Translations under genes and position numbers: made by a program
In this document: positions 46,331-56,500 of the stretch, one piece after another
How the letters are laid out: every line of letters starts with the position of its first letter
Numbering within the stretch: the stretch's first letter is position 1
The notes under the pieces: model-generated
Seen by the model: the letters and a program-made list of their open reading frames with translations, nothing else
What the model was told of the DNA's origin: nothing
The model's database searches: none
Virus record (IMG/VR): IMGVR_UViG_3300026311_000012
Location: 1 to 64,000 of that record
Strand: one strand, 5' to 3'
Length of the DNA: 64,000 nucleotides
From: a virus
Lineage: Duplodnaviria > Caudoviricetes

Positions 46331-48684
46331 AGAATGCAATAGAGTGGTTTAATGGAGACGAGTTAGCAGCTCATGTGTGGAAGGATAAATATGCATTAAA
46401 AGGAATTGAAAAAACGCCAGATGATACAATTAGTAGAATAACAGATGAATTCTTCAGAATAGAACAAAAATATTCAAATTCATTATCTAGAGAAGAGATA
46501 TACGAGTTGTTTAAAGGTTTTAAAAAGATAATTCCTGCTGGGTCACCTCTTTTTGGTATTGGAAATAATACTGCTATAACTTCTTTATCAAATTGTTATG
46601 TAGTAGATTCTCCTGTAGACTCATATGGAGGAATATTAAAAACTGATGAAGAGTTAGTTCAATTAATGAAACGTAGGGGAGGAGTTGGTGTAGATATTTC
46701 AACAATAAGGCCATCAGGAACCCATGTAAGCAACTCTGCTGGTACTTCTACAGGTATACTACCTTTTATGGATAGATATTCTAATTCAACAAAAGAAGTA
46801 GCTCAGGAAGGAAGACGTGGTGCATTAATCATTACTATAAGAGTTGATCATCCAGATATAAAACAATTTATTACGGCAAAAGATGATCTTACAAAAATTA
46901 ATGGAGCTAATATTTCTATAAAGATTACAGATGAATTTATGAAAGCTGTTGAAGGTGATTATGGATATGAATTACATCATCCAAAACAGAAAGGAAAAAA
47001 ACCAATTATTGTTAATGCTAGAGAAATCTTCAACTTAATAGTACATCAAGCTTGGAAATCAGCAGAACCAGGAGTATTATTTTGGGATAAAATAATTGAA
47101 GAATCTCCTGCAGATTCCTACTCTTATTTTAAAACCATATCTACAAATCCTTGTGCTGAATTACCACTTTGTGCTTATGACAGCTGTAGATTAATGCATA
47201 TTAATGTTTATGAATATGTAAAAAATCCATTTCAAAAATCTGCATATTTTGATATAGAATCTTATAAAGAAGATGTATATGCAGCGCAACGTTTAATGGA
47301 TGATATGGTTGATCTTGAAGAAGAAAAAATTAATAGTATATTAAAGAAGATTGAAAGTGATCCAGAAGATGCTGGGATTAAATTTAGAGAATTTCAATTA
47401 TGGACAAAAATAAAATCTAAATTAATTCATGGTCGTAGAACGGGATTAAATCCTTTACTTGGATTAGCTGATGCATTTGCTGCATTAAATTTAAAGTATG
47501 ACTCAGATGAAGCTATAGCTGTAGGGGAAATGATAGCTGCTACTGCAGCAATAGAATCCTACAGATCTAGCATAAATTTGGCTCAGGAGCGAGGATCTTT
47601 TAAGGAGTGGAAGTATGATACAGAAATAGGAAATCCTTTCTTAGAACGAATATTTGATGCCTTATTTGAGAAATATCCTGAGTATGCTAATCTATATAGA
47701 GTATATGGAAGAAGAAATATAGCAAACTTAACAATTCCTCCATCTGGGTCTATAGCAATATTAGCACAAGTATCTTCTGGAATAGAACCTGTATTTAATT
47801 TATCTTATACTAGAAAAAGAAAAGTAAACCTTGAATATGATGGCAAAAAATTTCAGGATGCTAATGGTGAATGGTGGGAAGAATATACAGTGTATCATCC
47901 TAAATTTCAAACTTGGAAGCTTCAACATAAAGAAGGTACATCACCATATGAAGGTGCCACAACAAATGAAATAAACCCTTTACAAAAAGTAAGACTTCAA
48001 GGAGTTATACAAAGATGGATTGATCATAGTATTAGTATTACCAATAATCTTCCTGAATCAGCTACAGAACAACAAGTAGCTGATATTTATATGGAAGCTT
48101 GGAAAACAGGATGTAAGGGATGTACAATATATAGAGAAGGTTCTAGAGAAGGTATTCTTACTAATAAAAAGAAAATTGTATTTGAACAATATGATGCACC
48201 AAAACGTCCAAAAGTTCTTCCACATAATATATATAATGTTGTTTCAAAAGGACAAAAATGGACTATATGTGTTGGATTATTAGATCATAAACCATATGAA
48301 GTATTTGCTTTAAATCATTTAAATTTAAGTGGTAGATTAGATGGAGATATAATTAAACAATCAAAAGGTAAATATGATTTGAATATAAAAGATATAGGAT
48401 ATTTTGAAAATATAACACAAAATTGTTCAGATGAAGAAAATCTTTTAACTAGAATGATTTCTACATCCCTTAGACATGGAGCAAATATACAATTTGTTGT
48501 AGACCAACTTGATAAATCAAAAGGAGATATTACATCTTTTGGTAAAGCTATTTCAAGAATTCTCAAAAAGTATACAATTCCTACAGTTAGTAAAGAATTA
48601 TGTCCTGTATGTAGTCATAATTATTTAATATACGAAGGAGGTTGCTCTATATGTCCTAATTGTGGATATAGTAGATGTTCATAA
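46327..48684 (+). CDS. nrdJ: Class II (adenosylcobalamin-dependent) ribonucleotide reductase
   Basis: SLSNCYV, TNPCAE, PPSGS, IDHSIS, KGCTIYREGSR, C-terminal Zn ribbon; no NrdB seen. Confidence 0.9.
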   Translation: MKNAIEWFNGDELAAHVWKDKYALKGIEKTPDDTISRITDEFFRIEQKYSNSLSREEIYELFKGFKKIIPAGSPLFGIGNNTAITSLSNCYVVDSPVDSYGGILKTDEELVQLMKRRGGVGVDISTIRPSGTHVSNSAGTSTGILPFMDRYSNSTKEVAQEGRRGALIITIRVDHPDIKQFITAKDDLTKINGANISIKITDEFMKAVEGDYGYELHHPKQKGKKPIIVNAREIFNLIVHQAWKSAEPGVLFWDKIIEESPADSYSYFKTISTNPCAELPLCAYDSCRLMHINVYEYVKNPFQKSAYFDIESYKEDVYAAQRLMDDMVDLEEEKINSILKKIESDPEDAGIKFREFQLWTKIKSKLIHGRRTGLNPLLGLADAFAALNLKYDSDEAIAVGEMIAATAAIESYRSSINLAQERGSFKEWKYDTEIGNPFLERIFDALFEKYPEYANLYRVYGRRNIANLTIPPSGSIAILAQVSSGIEPVFNLSYTRKRKVNLEYDGKKFQDANGEWWEEYTVYHPKFQTWKLQHKEGTSPYEGATTNEINPLQKVRLQGVIQRWIDHSISITNNLPESATEQQVADIYMEAWKTGCKGCTIYREGSREGILTNKKKIVFEQYDAPKRPKVLPHNIYNVVSKGQKWTICVGLLDHKPYEVFALNHLNLSGRLDGDIIKQSKGKYDLNIKDIGYFENITQNCSDEENLLTRMISTSLRHGANIQFVVDQLDKSKGDITSFGKAISRILKKYTIPTVSKELCPVCSHNYLIYEGGCSICPNCGYSRCS

Positions 48685-48749
48685 ATAATATAAATATGAC
48701 AAAAAAAATAACATTTAAAGATATTACAAATAAAATAAAATAACAGCCT

Positions 48750-49331
48750 ATGCGTATAAAACACTTATTGTTGACATTAGTTATTGTATCAATATCTTTT
48801 AATCTACATGCCCCAATTAGAGTTGTCGACATTACAGAAGAAATAGAAATGTACAATAAAGTACAAAAAGAAAATAAATATTTTAAACTCTATAAAGAGT
48901 CATTAATTGTCTTGAAAGAGTTTGAAGGATTTAGTCTAACTTCGTATATTGATGTCAATGGTAAGTCTATAGGATACGGTCATCACATACAAAAATACGA
49001 AAATATTCCCAATATTATTACTGAAGAATATGCAGAAATATTATTAAGAATTGATTTTGAACATGCAATAAGTACTGTTGAGCAACTTACCGAACTTGAT
49101 AGATTTAATAATCCAGAAAAAGTATTAGCATTAGCTCACTTTGTTTATAATCTAGGATCTGGTAATTTTGCCAACAGTACTTTATTACAAAATGTTAAAA
49201 ATAATAAATGCATAGCTTCAGAAATTATTAAATGGACTAAAATAAAAGTAGATAATACTATTATATATAGTAATCACTTATATAAAAGAAGACTTTATGA
49301 ATTAATGTTATACCAAAATGACCAGATATAA
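48750..49331 (+). CDS. GH24 lysozyme with N-terminal signal
   Basis: FEGF..Y.D...SIGYGH, FVYNLG, STLL, RR. Confidence 0.8.
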   Translation: MRIKHLLLTLVIVSISFNLHAPIRVVDITEEIEMYNKVQKENKYFKLYKESLIVLKEFEGFSLTSYIDVNGKSIGYGHHIQKYENIPNIITEEYAEILLRIDFEHAISTVEQLTELDRFNNPEKVLALAHFVYNLGSGNFANSTLLQNVKNNKCIASEIIKWTKIKVDNTIIYSNHLYKRRLYELMLYQNDQI

Positions 49332-49551
49332 AAAGAATGATGAAGTAAAAATCATAAATAATACGGTAGGTCATGGATTTAAAAACGGAGAAATTGTAAA
49401 AATAACTCATGTAGATAAATATTATAATTATCGTACTAAAAAAACAATAGATGAATATGTAGCTACAAGCTTAAAATCTGGAGAAAGGTATTGGATTCAT
49501 AATGATGATGTTACTCCAACAAATGTATGTAAAAAGTTGAAAATATTATGA
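49318..49551 (+). CDS. KOW-like small protein, KLKIL tail
   Basis: YKKNDEVKII...FKNGEIVKI. Confidence 0.65.
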   Translation: MTRYKKNDEVKIINNTVGHGFKNGEIVKITHVDKYYNYRTKKTIDEYVATSLKSGERYWIHNDDVTPTNVCKKLKIL

Positions 49552-51404
49552 CACTGTGGTTTTATGATTTGGAAGTATTAGGAAAATCATTTTTTTCAGG
49601 AACATTTATAAATTCTAAAACAAATGAATTAGTCCAATTATATAAATTAAATGATACAGAATATAATCTAGATAAATTATCTTATTTTACAAATGAAGCG
49701 TTTTTAATAGGGTACAATAATAAAATGTATGATGATCCTATTATGAATATGATTAGAAAAGAAGGAGTTAATACTAATAAGATATATGAACTATCTCAAG
49801 AATTGATTAATTCACAAAGAACTGGTATACCTGTATGGAAAAATGATAAAATACTTCCTTATCTAAGATATGGTGTTAAGTCATTAGATTTAATGAAAAT
49901 TTTAGCATTTGATAAGCAAAAGGTGAGTCTTAAACAATGTGCAGTAAATCTGCATCATCCAATCATACAAGATCTCCCTTTTGCTTATAATTATGATCCT
50001 CTTCCTGAAGATATACCTACTATCCTTAAATATAATAAAAATGATGTAGATATTACTATTCGATTATTCAAATCTATTAAAGAAGAAATTGAATTAAGAA
50101 TAGATTATTCTAATGAATATAGAGTAGATGTATTAAATGCATCTAGAACATATATAGGAAAACAAACTTTAAATAATTATTACGAAAAGCATACTGGGTT
50201 AACTATTTGGGATTTTAAAGATAAACGTACACATCGTAGTATAATTCATGTAGGCGAATGTATTTCTGATAAAATAGTGTTTAAGTCAAAAGAAATGAAC
50301 ACTATGCTTGATTATTTTAAAAAATACTCTGTTAAACAAATAGATGATGGTATAAATTATCTTGTTTTGTTTAATAACAAAGGTTATCAAATGGGTTTTG
50401 GAGGACTTCATTCTGTTGATAGACCTAAAATATATACATCTACTGATGATTTATATATACTCGATGGAGACGTCGATTCATATTATCCAAATGTAATGTT
50501 AAAGTATAAAATTAAACCAGCGCATGTAGAAAACGAATTTTTTGAAGCTCTCCAAATAATAACAGATAAACGATTAAAAGCAAAAGCTGAAAAGGATAAA
50601 ATAACGGCAGATACATTAAAAATTACTGTTAATTCTATATTTGGTCTTTTAAATTTTCCTAATTATTGGTTATATGATCCTAAAGCTGCTCTTTCTGTTA
50701 CAATAAATGGGCAAATGTTTTTATTAATGTTAATTGAAGCACTAGAGTTAGAAGGTTTTGAAGTAATTTCTGCAAATACTGATGGTGTTACTACAATAGT
50801 ACCAAAGGATAGATTTTATCAATATAAAGAAGTATGTAGAAAATGGGAAGAATACTGCAAGTTTAATCTATCTTTTACAAAATATTTAAAATATATACGA
50901 AGAGACGTTAATAATTATGTTAGTGAATCTGAATATGATATAAAACAAAAGGGATGCTTTCTAGCTAAACAAAAATTAGATAAAGGATATAACACCGCAA
51001 TAATACCTAAAGCTTTAAATAATTATTTTCTTAAAGGAATTCCTGTAGAAGAAACAATAACATCTGGTACAGATATATTTGACTATTGTTTAAGTGAAAA
51101 AACAGGATCACAATTTGTAATGGAGTATCATTACTTAGATGGAGATCAAAAAATAATCCAACGTTTACAAAAAACTAATAGATTTTTTATATCCAAATCT
51201 GGTGGTACTTTAATGAAACATAAAAACGATGATACTTATCATAATGCAGCACTTGGTTGGACTGTAACATTATTAAATGTTTATGAAGAAGATAAGTTAA
51301 AAGAGTATTTAAGTAATATAGATTACAAATATTATGTTTCAGAAGCTAGAAAAATAATCGAACAAATAGAAGAAAAACAATTAACATTAGATATATGGAA
51401 ATAG
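49548..51404 (+). CDS. Family B DNA polymerase
   Basis: Exo motifs YDLE, YNNKMYD, YNKND; pol motifs DVDSYYPN, KITVNSIFG, ANTDG; clamp-like KQLTLD tail. Confidence 0.9.
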   Translation: MTLWFYDLEVLGKSFFSGTFINSKTNELVQLYKLNDTEYNLDKLSYFTNEAFLIGYNNKMYDDPIMNMIRKEGVNTNKIYELSQELINSQRTGIPVWKNDKILPYLRYGVKSLDLMKILAFDKQKVSLKQCAVNLHHPIIQDLPFAYNYDPLPEDIPTILKYNKNDVDITIRLFKSIKEEIELRIDYSNEYRVDVLNASRTYIGKQTLNNYYEKHTGLTIWDFKDKRTHRSIIHVGECISDKIVFKSKEMNTMLDYFKKYSVKQIDDGINYLVLFNNKGYQMGFGGLHSVDRPKIYTSTDDLYILDGDVDSYYPNVMLKYKIKPAHVENEFFEALQIITDKRLKAKAEKDKITADTLKITVNSIFGLLNFPNYWLYDPKAALSVTINGQMFLLMLIEALELEGFEVISANTDGVTTIVPKDRFYQYKEVCRKWEEYCKFNLSFTKYLKYIRRDVNNYVSESEYDIKQKGCFLAKQKLDKGYNTAIIPKALNNYFLKGIPVEETITSGTDIFDYCLSEKTGSQFVMEYHYLDGDQKIIQRLQKTNRFFISKSGGTLMKHKNDDTYHNAALGWTVTLLNVYEEDKLKEYLSNIDYKYYVSEARKIIEQIEEKQLTLDIWK

Positions 51405-51910
51405 GTGATAAAGTTAAATTTAATATACATGTTCCAATCTCTGAAGATGGTAATACAAAATTAATAGATACTATTATTACTCATAGGTTAATAGATATTT
51501 CAACAAATGAAGAACAAAGTATTACTAGAAAGGTAAAAGTATCTCCTTGGAATATTACACAAACTGACTCAACAGTATCATGGAATATTAAAAAAATAAA
51601 AATACCGGAAAAAGAAGGAATATATATCGGATCATTAAGAAAAAAATTATCAAGATCTTATAAACGCAGAATACAATCTAGTATAACTGATACTCCAGTA
51701 ACTCCAGGGATTGGAAATCGGTTGTTTGAAGTTGAAGGGGTATCTCGTCCAAGACCCAGAAATTGGACTTCTAGAAATCCTAGAAGAATAGATAATCCAA
51801 ATAAATTAGACGAACTTGCTATAATTGCAGTATCTAAAAGTAAAAGATATGTTGTAGATATGAAAGATCTTGTCGAATACAATATAAAAAATAAAGTAAA
51901 AATAATATGA
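51395..51910 (+). CDS. Hypothetical protein, KVKII tail
   Basis: MEIGDKVKF. Confidence 0.65.
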   Translation: MEIGDKVKFNIHVPISEDGNTKLIDTIITHRLIDISTNEEQSITRKVKVSPWNITQTDSTVSWNIKKIKIPEKEGIYIGSLRKKLSRSYKRRIQSSITDTPVTPGIGNRLFEVEGVSRPRPRNWTSRNPRRIDNPNKLDELAIIAVSKSKRYVVDMKDLVEYNIKNKVKII

Positions 51911-52512
51911 AAACTATAAATATTGAAGACTCTAGTAAATTATACTTTACATCGGATTTACATTTTGGTCATGATAGAATAATAGAATATTGCAATAGAC
52001 CATTTAGTTCAGTTCATGAAATGAACAAAACTTTAACCAATAATTGGAATAGTGTAGTTGGACCTGATGATACTATAATAATAGCTGGAGATTTTTGTTT
52101 GGCCGGAAAACAGATGTGGGGTAAATATTTAAATCATCTAAATGGAATAAAAATATTAGTTGAAGGAAATCACGATCATAGGGTTCCAGAAGAATATTTT
52201 AAATTAGTAACTCAATTATTAAATTTAGATGTTTTAGATGTTGAAACTAATAAAAGACAAAGAATTACTGTATGCCACTATGCTATGTTATCTTGGTATC
52301 AATCGCATAGAGGAGCATGGCAATTATTTGGCCACTGGCATGGGAAAAGTCTTATAAATTCAGATAGAACAGATATTAAAGATTTTATTAAAGAGGAACA
52401 AACACAAGTAACAAAAGTTAATTATTCCCGACAATATGATGTAGGAGTAGATAATAATAATTATTACCCAATTTCTTACAAAGATATTAAAACTATACTA
52501 AATAAAAGCTAA
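51907..52512 (+). CDS. Calcineurin-like metallophosphoesterase
   Basis: SDLHFGH, GDF, GNHD, GHWH. Confidence 0.9.
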   Translation: MKTINIEDSSKLYFTSDLHFGHDRIIEYCNRPFSSVHEMNKTLTNNWNSVVGPDDTIIIAGDFCLAGKQMWGKYLNHLNGIKILVEGNHDHRVPEEYFKLVTQLLNLDVLDVETNKRQRITVCHYAMLSWYQSHRGAWQLFGHWHGKSLINSDRTDIKDFIKEEQTQVTKVNYSRQYDVGVDNNNYYPISYKDIKTILNKS

Positions 52513-53243
52513 TGGAAAAAATATTAACAATAGGAGATATACATGGAAAAGATGTATGGAAAAAATTGACATTAGATACGTATGATAAAGTCGTATTTAT
52601 TGGGGATTATGTAGATGCTTTTGATATATCAGACGATCAAATGGTTAATAATTTACTTGATATTATTGAATTTAAAAAAAGTAATCCTCATAATATTATA
52701 TTATTAATTGGAAATCACGAATTAAATTATTTTCCTAAGTTTGGATATAAGTTTTATGGGAGGAGTAGTGGATTTAGACCTCAATTAGAAAATGTTTTAA
52801 AAGACATCTTTGCAAAAAATATTAGATTATTTCAATATGCTTATCAATTATCAGATGATGTGAGAATATATCTTTGGACACATGCTGGAGTAAGCAATGG
52901 ATGGTATCATAAGGTATTCAAAACACAATTTGATTCAATAAACACAGTAATAGAGGACTCTATGAATTTAGCTGATAGAATGAATTTGTTGTTTGAAGAA
53001 AGATTTGATTGTATGACACAGGTAGGGTGGAAACGTGGAGGACAATATAAATATGGTTCTCCAATATGGGCTGACAAAAGTGAATTTTTATCAACAAGTA
53101 TTCCTTTACGTGGATACTATCAGATTGTAGGACATAATCCTGTTAAAGATATTAAAATACATATGGTAGACGATGATGCTACAATAGTATTTACTGATTG
53201 TCTGGGTAATAAAGAAAAAGGTTATATTATAAAAGTAACTTAA
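52512..53243 (+). CDS. Calcineurin-like metallophosphoesterase
   Basis: GDIHG, GDYVD, GNHE, THAG, VGH. Confidence 0.9.
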   Translation: MEKILTIGDIHGKDVWKKLTLDTYDKVVFIGDYVDAFDISDDQMVNNLLDIIEFKKSNPHNIILLIGNHELNYFPKFGYKFYGRSSGFRPQLENVLKDIFAKNIRLFQYAYQLSDDVRIYLWTHAGVSNGWYHKVFKTQFDSINTVIEDSMNLADRMNLLFEERFDCMTQVGWKRGGQYKYGSPIWADKSEFLSTSIPLRGYYQIVGHNPVKDIKIHMVDDDATIVFTDCLGNKEKGYIIKVT

Positions 53244-53248
53244 ATAAC

Positions 53249-53440
53249 ATGAGAATAATTAGAAAATGTCCCATTTGTAAATCTACTGATTTAGAATATT
53301 TGGCAAGAGCGAAATGGAATGAAAGTGAACAAAAATTTGAAATAATATATGTGGAAGATGGTTATCCATATTGTCCAAATTGTGGAGAACACATAAATGA
53401 AGATATAATAGAAATAACTAATTTAGTAAAAGTTTTATAA
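53249..53440 (+). CDS. Zn-ribbon small protein, LVKVL tail
   Basis: CPIC...CPNC. Confidence 0.65.
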   Translation: MRIIRKCPICKSTDLEYLARAKWNESEQKFEIIYVEDGYPYCPNCGEHINEDIIEITNLVKVL

Positions 53441-53465
53441 AATATAACATTTTTCAATTTTAATT

Positions 53466-53510
53466 AAAAAGAGAGAGGGAAGACTTCACACACCTTCCCT
53501 CTTTTATTTA
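53466..53510. terminator. Bidirectional terminator at convergent junction
   Basis: A-tract, AGAGGGAAG/CTTCCCTCT stem, T-tract. Confidence 0.7.
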
Positions 53511-56500
53511 TTGTGCTATAACTGGAGTATATGGTGATTTTTTGTATTCATCGAAAATTTCAAATACTCTACCTAATTGTGAACCACCAGGTATCCATTG
53601 CATAAAATAATAAAAAGATGGTGTTTTATCTTGAGGAGAGTTTTCTCCACGAGCCCAGTCTCTCATCTCATCAGAAAAGTTTCTTATACTTTTTTCAGTA
53701 AGACTTAACAAGGATGCAATAGGAACAGGGTTAGCTACTAATTTTAAAAATTCACTCGGTGTCCACATAAAAGCAAGTTCTGATTCAGCTTTTGTAAGAA
53801 TTTTATACAGGTTTCTAGTAAAAATATTACTCATATATCTTTTTTCACCATCGTCTCCTTCGCCACCAAGTAGTACAATAAGTCCAATAAATCCTAATAT
53901 AACACGTAATTCTACTAATACGGCTTTCATTTGTCCCTGTTTAACTTCAAGAAAATCTTCAAAAGTTGTTTTATCAATCATATCAGGATTCTGTGCTAAC
54001 CAATTTTGGTATTTCAAAAGAGCTCTTTCTCTATTAACTCTTTCAAATCCAAACACTCCATATTTATTTAAAAGACCAAATGTTGTTAAATCCGCAACAA
54101 GTTTACCTATTTCTGGTATTAATACTTTTTTAGTAAACTTAAACATTTGTGCTGTAAATTTAACATCTTCTTCAGTAAGATCATATCTTTTAAATTGATC
54201 AACAAGAGCTGCAAATCTACCCCATCTCATTGCTCTTAAATCATCATCAAAACGAAGTTTACCAGTACGTTCTCTAACAACACCTGGCATCCAAGTTTTG
54301 AACTGCATCATAATATTTTGAGTAAGAGATATATCAGTAGCAGAAATATCTTCTGGGTTCATATTACCTATAACTCCAGAAGCTGTAGTTTTTATAGCAT
54401 TTCTAAAAGAGATAAATGCTTCTTTGGTCATATTTATTTTAACCTCACCAGTAGCAGGATCTACTTCAAATGCTTCAGCTATTGGAGTATACAATGATGC
54501 ATCTACGCCTGGTCTGTTTAACCGTTCTATGTTGCCTTCAGAATCAACTCCAAAGTTATGCATCATTGCTACAGTAATGTGATTCATTATCTTTTTATCT
54601 GCTTCACGAAGAGGCCAGAATGCTGCACGTTCTGAGATAAGTTTTCTTTTTGCAGTTGCAGATTTTGCTCTAAATGTTCTCTCATAAGCATCATCATTAT
54701 AAGGATCAAAATATTCAATAGATGCTAAATATTTTTTAGGATGGGTTATAAGTTCCCATTGGGCTTGTCTCCATTGCTTTTCATCATAGGATATTCCTTT
54801 TTTACTTTCAAAGTAAGTACCTATTTTACCAGCAGTAAGAGCACCAGCAGCAGGAATAACAGCAAAGCCAAGTCGTACTATTCCATGATAGTTTTTAATT
54901 TTGACAAGAGCTTTAGTTGTATTATAATTCTCAGACAAACTTTTTACTTTATACTTTATTCCATACATATAAAAATCTGTAAAATCTTCAAGTAATCTAT
55001 AAGTATCAGTATTAAATCCCTTTTTTGTTAAGAATTCTTGTATTTTTCCTTTAACAGGCTTACCTCTTTGATCAGTAACAGCCAATTTTTCATATTCTGA
55101 TATTGGATGAGCCAATAAAAGCTTTATAGCACGTATTTTAGGCTCTATGTTATTTACATGTTCATAATTAAGAGCCATTTCAGTAAACATTAATAAAGAT
55201 GCTGTAAGATCGTATGACTTTCGTTCATTATCTATATTTCCATCTTTATCTCTAAAAGGATTAAGATACATTATACGTATCTTTTTTACGGGTTCTCCAG
55301 TAGTTTCATCTATCTCAGTTAAATAAGAATCATCTTCTCTAGTGTTAAAAGAGTCCATAAATTCATTAATAGCGGCTCCAAAATGTAACCCGTCTTTTGC
55401 AAAGTGTTCTATAATTTCTTTTCTTACATTTGGTATAAATTCTGGACGTATATCTTCATATGGAGACATTCCTATTTTTTTAGTAAGAATAGGAATATAT
55501 TTTGTCCACATGTCATAATAATCAGATAATGCTTTATTAGCTTTTATATATTTGTATTCTTCAGATAGATTTTTTTCAAATATTTCAGGTTTTATTTCAC
55601 ACCAACGTCTAATAGTATATTTATTAGTCCATGCTGAATTAAGAGATAAATCATTAGATTCTATCCATTTTCTTAATTGATCTTCATATCTGGTTTTAAA
55701 TACCTCTGCAGAAGTTGTTATTTCTCCATCCTCTTCAAGATCTTCAAGATTATTATTTTTAGCTTTTAATTCTTTTTTCTTTTCTTCTAACAGTTCTGCA
55801 TATTCTTTAGCCTGTTTTTCTTTATCTTTTATCTGATAGATTTCTTTTGATTTTTGATAACTTATTTTTGTAGGATCATGAAATAAATCATATAGTGTTT
55901 GTCTAAATTCTTTATTTAATTTAGAATGAAGTGCCCCATTTTCTGGATTAATTAGCTTTCTATAAGCACTCATCCTATCTATATTATTAGCATTAGCCCA
56001 TTTAAATAACTCTTCGGTTATTGACCATACTTCTTTAGTTATTTTTTCAAATTCTTTCTTTTTGTCATATTGATAAGACTGAATTAATTTCCAAGCTTCT
56101 TTAAAAATTGGATTATCTATTTCTGAAAAATGTAAAGTTCTAGAATCTAACCATTTTAATTCTTCGAGGGTTTTTAAAGAACCATCAGGATTATACATAG
56201 ATGTTTTCATTTCACTCATTATCATCTCTTGAATTCTCTTTGATACTTCATAGGAATATCTCCCTATTCGGTTATCTATTTTTATGAAACGAGCATCTAT
56301 TTTTTTGAATTCTTCTGGGTTTGTCTTTTTTAAATCAGCAAAGTATGTTTGTGTTTGGTCAGATATATTTGCATATACAGATAACCACTCTAAATACTTT
56401 AACATCTCTCCATAAGAAGGATAATGAATATTTTTACTACCATCTGGATTAGTTTCTGGTTGACGTAAAGCAATTTGTACTTCTTCAAGAAGTTTGACAA

